DNA of 64,000 nucleotides, taken from Blastocystis sp. Blastoise (Eukaryota > Protista > Bigyra: Opalinata). The notes under the pieces are model-generated. The model was not told the origin of the DNA. It worked only from the letters and a program-made list of their open reading frames with translations, and did no database searches. This document shows positions 58,653-64,000 of the stretch, in pieces. The stretch's first letter is position 1. Each line of letters starts with the position of its first letter. The translations under genes and the position numbers were made by a program. The stretch lies in the NCBI GenBank assembly GCA_039096225.1, contig JBBPEB010000026.1:1-64000 (forward strand), read 5' to 3'.

Positions 58653-61600
58653 ATGACAATGATGACTCGCATAATAGCTTACTTTATTTTTGTGAATTGC
58701 ATTCTTTTTGGTATGTTCTTATAGTCAACTCATTAATTAGTTCTATTTAGTTGAATCAACATGCATTAACCCTAAAATCGATGTGCTTGTGACAAAAAGA
58801 TATGGAGCTAATCCTCAACAAGAATCTTTTTCTATTTTTGATGAAGAAAACTTACTTTTAAATGTATCTGGAAGTGTATCTGATGCCTATCAAATAAAAC
58901 AGTGGACTATATGTGCATCTTCCGAAGTCTATTCATTAGATTTATTTGATTCGTATTTTTTTATACTGTTTTTAAATATTTATATGTTATCTATTTTTCA
59001 ATCTAGTGTTGGTGATGGATGGGGAAGTGATACATCAACTTCTTATATTACTATTGAAGTCTTTGGTATTACTCTTCTTCATGATACACTTAATTATGTT
59101 TCTGGAACTTCTAATACTCATAAAACAATAACTTTTTCTTGTATATAATAGTTATTATTATTAAATTTAAATATCATATATTTTTTAGTATATTTAATAG
59201 TATTCTTATAATTCTTTTTTTTATTATATTCTTCTTATAATAGTTTTCGTATAATAGTTTACTTATTATACTCTTCTTATAATACTATTTTTATAATTCT
59301 ATTTTTATAATATTCTTCTTATAATTCTATTTTTATAATATTTTTCTTATAATACTATTTTTATAATATTCTTCTTATAATAATATATACAATATATATA
59401 CTCTATTCTATATAGCTCTTCCTACATTTTTACCTGGATCTTCTTGGCATTATTCATCAGAGAATCAAAATACAACGGAATGGACTATATCTTCTTCTTC
59501 TTCTTCTTCTTCTTCTTCTTCTTCTTCTTCTTCTTCTTCTTCTTCTTCTTCTTCTTCTTCTTGGCCTATTTATAATCCTACGAATCTTCCTTCTCCTCAA
59601 TCTATTACTCGATATTATTATCAATCTATTTCTTATTCTTATAATTATAATACTATCGGATCTTTCTATATATCTATTCGATCTAAAGGAGGTCTAATTA
59701 TATATATAAATGGAAATGAAATCTATCGACATAATCTACCTACGTATGCTTTTATTTATATATACATATATGTATATATTTGTTTTTTTACAATTATTTT
59801 ATTGTTATAAATTTATAAATATTTATTTTTATTATATATATATATATAGTGGCTCTATATCATCAACAACAAATGCTTTAGAATATAATTCTGAATCACA
59901 ATATAATGTGTATATATATATAATTAAGAATTATTTCATATCCTAATCATGCATTGCTTATAGTTAATATATATATATATATATTTAAATTGTATAGTTT
60001 TTTTAAAGTTATATACAAAGTGAATTCTTTTTTACAATTTACATATATATATTGTATATAATTCTTATAGTGCTTCTGTTTACCGTGGTTATTTAAGCGT
60101 TCAAGGTGTTCTTTCTATAGCTGTTGAAGTTCATATGACAGAAAATACTCAAACATTATTCGATGATTTTGATTTTGCTTATAATATTATTCCACTTGCA
60201 GACAATCGTATATATATTTATTTAATTATTATTATTTTTTATTATTAGATATATACATAATTTATTATTTATTTATTTTTATTATATATATATTTTTTAT
60301 TATTCTTTAATTTAATATATATATATATTATTTCCAATTTAATTTAAATATTCTTTCTAGAATGTTCTACTAGTTTATTTACTTATGGAGAAAGTGTATG
60401 TAATCCTGCTTCTGTGAATGTAGACCTCTATAAATGTGAATCTATTACCGATGGCAATTTATCCTCTTATTATATGGTTATGGATCAAGGAACAATGGAT
60501 ATTGTCTATTCTTTCCCTCATAATAGGTATATATATTATTATTATTATTTTAATAATCATTTATTATTATTTATTATTTATTTTTTTTCTTTTAATAATT
60601 TTTTATTTAAATATTTTTTATAATATTTCTTTCATTATTTTCTTCATAATAAAAAAGATTACAGAGTTTGATTCTAAATAAATAATACTATTATTTATAC
60701 TTATATCCTAGAGCTGAATGGTTTAATCAATATTCTATTGCTTCTCCTCCTAATATATTTTATGGTGTTCCTAAAAGTTGGTCTATTTATGGTTCTAATG
60801 ATGGCTCTTCATGGACACTTATTGATCAACAAACAAATGCTCAATTCTCAACATCCAATCAAATCAAAACGTTCACTGTATCATCCAATACAAAAGCATA
60901 TCAAATTATTCAACTCTCTATTAGTATACTCTATATTATTCTTATTCTTATTACATAAAAGTCTATATTTCTTACAGATTTCACATCTATAGATTCTTCT
61001 CTTCTTCCTTCTCAAGTAGCTTTAGGTTATTTTACTATTTCAACATGTAATTATCCAATTACATCAGAGCCACTCTCTTATACTTCTAATACTATTTCTG
61101 GAGTAGCTTATACTTCTTCTTTCTCTATTGAACCTATTCCTACTCAATATATATCGTTCTCTATATCTCCATCAATTCCTTCTACTGTTACTCTTAATAC
61201 TCAAACAGGTCTATTGTCAGGATATGCTCTATATAGTATTGAAGGAATATATACTATTACTGCTATCGACCAATTTACTCGAAGAGAATCAACCTATAAT
61301 ATCACATTTGCTATTACTGGTATTTATATATATTTGTTCATTTTTTAAGTTTTTTAAAATTTATTTATATTTATTTATGTTTTTTTTTTCATTTTTTTTA
61401 TAAATATTTTTTAATTTTTTATTTTTTTTAACATTTTTTATATTTATTTTTTATATATTTTTAAATTTATTTTGCATTTTTTTAAACTCACAATAAATCA
61501 ATAAAATGAACTCTACCTCTAATACTATATAATTTATTCATTACTATATATATATTTCAATTTTTTTTATAGGATGTCCTTCTACTTCACCTGTTCCTAT

Positions 61601-64000
61601 TCAAATATCTCGTTTTACAAATATAAATGCAAATCAAGAGACTTTTAAATTATATACGAATCAAGGTCAAGAACTTTATAATTCAGAATCCACTCTTTTT
61701 GAAGATAATCAAAGTGTTACTATTTCTTTATGTGTACCTCATTCTATTCTACGTATTATTCTATTAGATACAACAGGTGATGGTTGGTCTCCTTCTAGTT
61801 CTGTCTCTATATTCCTTGTTCTTTCTTCTTATAAAACTCAAATTGGATATTTTCATCTCTATAGTGGATCTGAAACATCTTATTCATTCTCTACTATACA
61901 TCCTATTCCTTATAAATCATATAATTGGTATTATTTACAAGGAACTATACCTAATGAATGGTATACAGATTCTTTTGATATAAGTAAATGGTCTATATAT
62001 CCTGCTATGAACACACCTTCTTCTACTTCTACTATATCTTTATATAAACAATTCTTTGAAGTTAATGATCTTGATAATTATAAATCTATTGATATACGTC
62101 TAAAAGCACGTGCTGGATTTATTATTTATATAAATGAACAAGAAGTTTATAGAGCTAATCTTCCTTCTACTACAATTACTACGTCTACTGTTCCTACATA
62201 TTCAAAAACTAGAGCTTATATCTTTATAACAACAATTCTTATTAGTTCATTACATAGTGGCACAAATTCAATTTCTATTTTAACATTAAATAAAGCTAAT
62301 TCAAATCCTTCTAAACTTGAATTTGATTGTATAGTATCTCTTACTAGTTCAAATGTTAATGAAATTCCTAATTATCAATCTGTTTCTTTAACTGATTATG
62401 ATAATAATGATTTATATGCTGCTATTGATTATAATTATGATACCTCTTTCTTTGCTTATTCTACTAGTTATGATGGATCACTTGCTCTTATATTTCATTA
62501 TAGTGATATCGAAGCTTATTTCCATAATAAATATTGTTTTGTTTCTTCTTCTGATAATCCTCAAGATAATGATCCATATACATGGACAGTATATGGTAGT
62601 ACAACAGAAGAACCTCAAGATGAACTACATCGTGTTGATGAATATGAATTTATAGGTAGAGGAAAAAAGAAATGTTGGTATATGACAAGTCATACTACTA
62701 TTTATCCTTATTATATTTTTGTTTTAGAATTTCCTTATGGATTAACTGCTTATGAATTTAGTCTTTCTCAAATTGAATTATTAGTAGAAAATCCTTCTAC
62801 TTTAGTTTTACCTCCTCTTTCTTATTCTCCTAATCCTGTTAATGCTTTTATTGATTCTACATTTCCTACATTAACTATTAATGATCCTCTCTATGAATCA
62901 TTTACTATTACTCCTTCTCTTCCTACTGGACTTACTTTTGATAAAAATACTGGTTTAATTTCTGGTAGTACATCTATTCCACAATCTAGAAAGATCTATA
63001 CAATTACTGCTTTATCTCCTCTTGGTACTACTTCTTTAACTAGATTATCTATTACTATTATTGGTTGTGATTTCCCTAGTACTCGTCTTTCTATTATTAT
63101 TTCTACAGATTCTTTTGGAAATGAACAAGGATTTATATTAAAATCAATTACAAATGAAATTATTGATGAACATACTTCATTTCCACTTAGTACTTCTGTT
63201 TCTTATACTTATTGTTTAGAATCAAATACATATATATTTATAGCTCTTGATTCTGCTAAGAATGGATGGGGTATATCTACTTCTTATTCTCTTTTATTAG
63301 CAGATAATTCTATTATCTCTAAAGGTATTGTTGGAAAAGATTATGAAGAAAAACAAGTTATATTAGATTTTAATTATATGATTCATCCTATTAATAGTTA
63401 TTGGAAATATTGGAGTGAAATGAGTGTACCTTCTGATAGTTGGAATACTATTTCTTTTAATGATGATTCTTGGGATACAGTCATGTTATCTTCTATTAGT
63501 AGAGGTATTAGTATTAGTAAATTCTTAAGAGGATCTTTCTTTTTTGATAAATCTAAATCTTTTATAGGTATTGAAATAACAATTAAAAGTAAAATTGGTA
63601 TTGCTGCTTATTTAAATGGTAATATAATTATTAATAGAAATCTACCTACAAATTTTGTAGCTAGTTCATTAGCACTTCAAGAATATTCTATGGATCAAGT
63701 TTATTCATTAATATTATTTATGAATGATACTCAACTTATTGATGGTAATAATCTATTAGCTATTCAAGTTCATCGAAAAAGTTTAACGAATACAGCTAGT
63801 TTTCTATTTACATCACAAGTTCTCTATATTAGTGAAGGTATGAGTAGAATGAAAGAAGGTAATATTATTATGGATATGGATATATCATCTGAAAATATGA
63901 ATTTATTAATAGATAGTAATACAGATACTGTTCTTATTACAGGTCCTCGTTGTATTGGAGCTATTTATGGATATCAATTTAATAATGAAAATCGTGATTA
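58653..64000 (+). CDS. Large secreted or surface protein with repeated jelly-roll (galactose-binding-like) and putative Ig (He_PIG-like) domains; 3' truncated by the window
   Basis: Signal-like start MTMMTRIIAYFIFVNCILF; repeated DSxGDGW motifs; PKSWSIYGSNDGSSWTLID (F5/8C-like); FTITPSLPTGLTFDKNTGLISG (He_PIG-like); long exon from 61573 to the window end. Confidence 0.82.
59489..59562 (+). repeat. Coding (TCT)n microsatellite, poly-serine
   Basis: About 24 TCT units in frame between EWTI and WPIYNP. Confidence 0.9.

Overview
Left end of a very AT-rich, intron-rich eukaryotic chromosome; gene families and style suggest an anaerobic stramenopile of the Blastocystis type, which is inference only. 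It opens with a (CCCTAA)n telomere (1-517). An accessory subtelomeric zone of about 31 kb follows, then an ordinary gene-dense zone: BTB-TLDc protein, BTB-like expanded-family protein, an unknown large protein, arginyl-tRNA synthetase, L-aspartate oxidase, a Tudor-PHD-ePHD protein and a large secreted Ig/jelly-roll protein running off the window. The main find is hidden from the ORF track by splicing. One apparently intact gene of about 24 exons (4194-11390, roughly 1,850 aa) encodes a tyrosine recombinase (R..K..YxxRH..H-x8-Y) between two Ser/Asn repeat regions, with a degenerate Ulp1-like C-terminus. An 11-bp phased repeat array precedes it, and it contains introns that are pure GT(AT)nAG. 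Downstream lie about 20 kb of decayed gene fragments, two tRNA-like units with (AT)-rich anticodon arms, and a cluster of four long palindromes mixed with CCAAT boxes and internal telomere seeds. Exon boundaries were inferred by hand from GT-AG sites and frame continuity; no searches were run.
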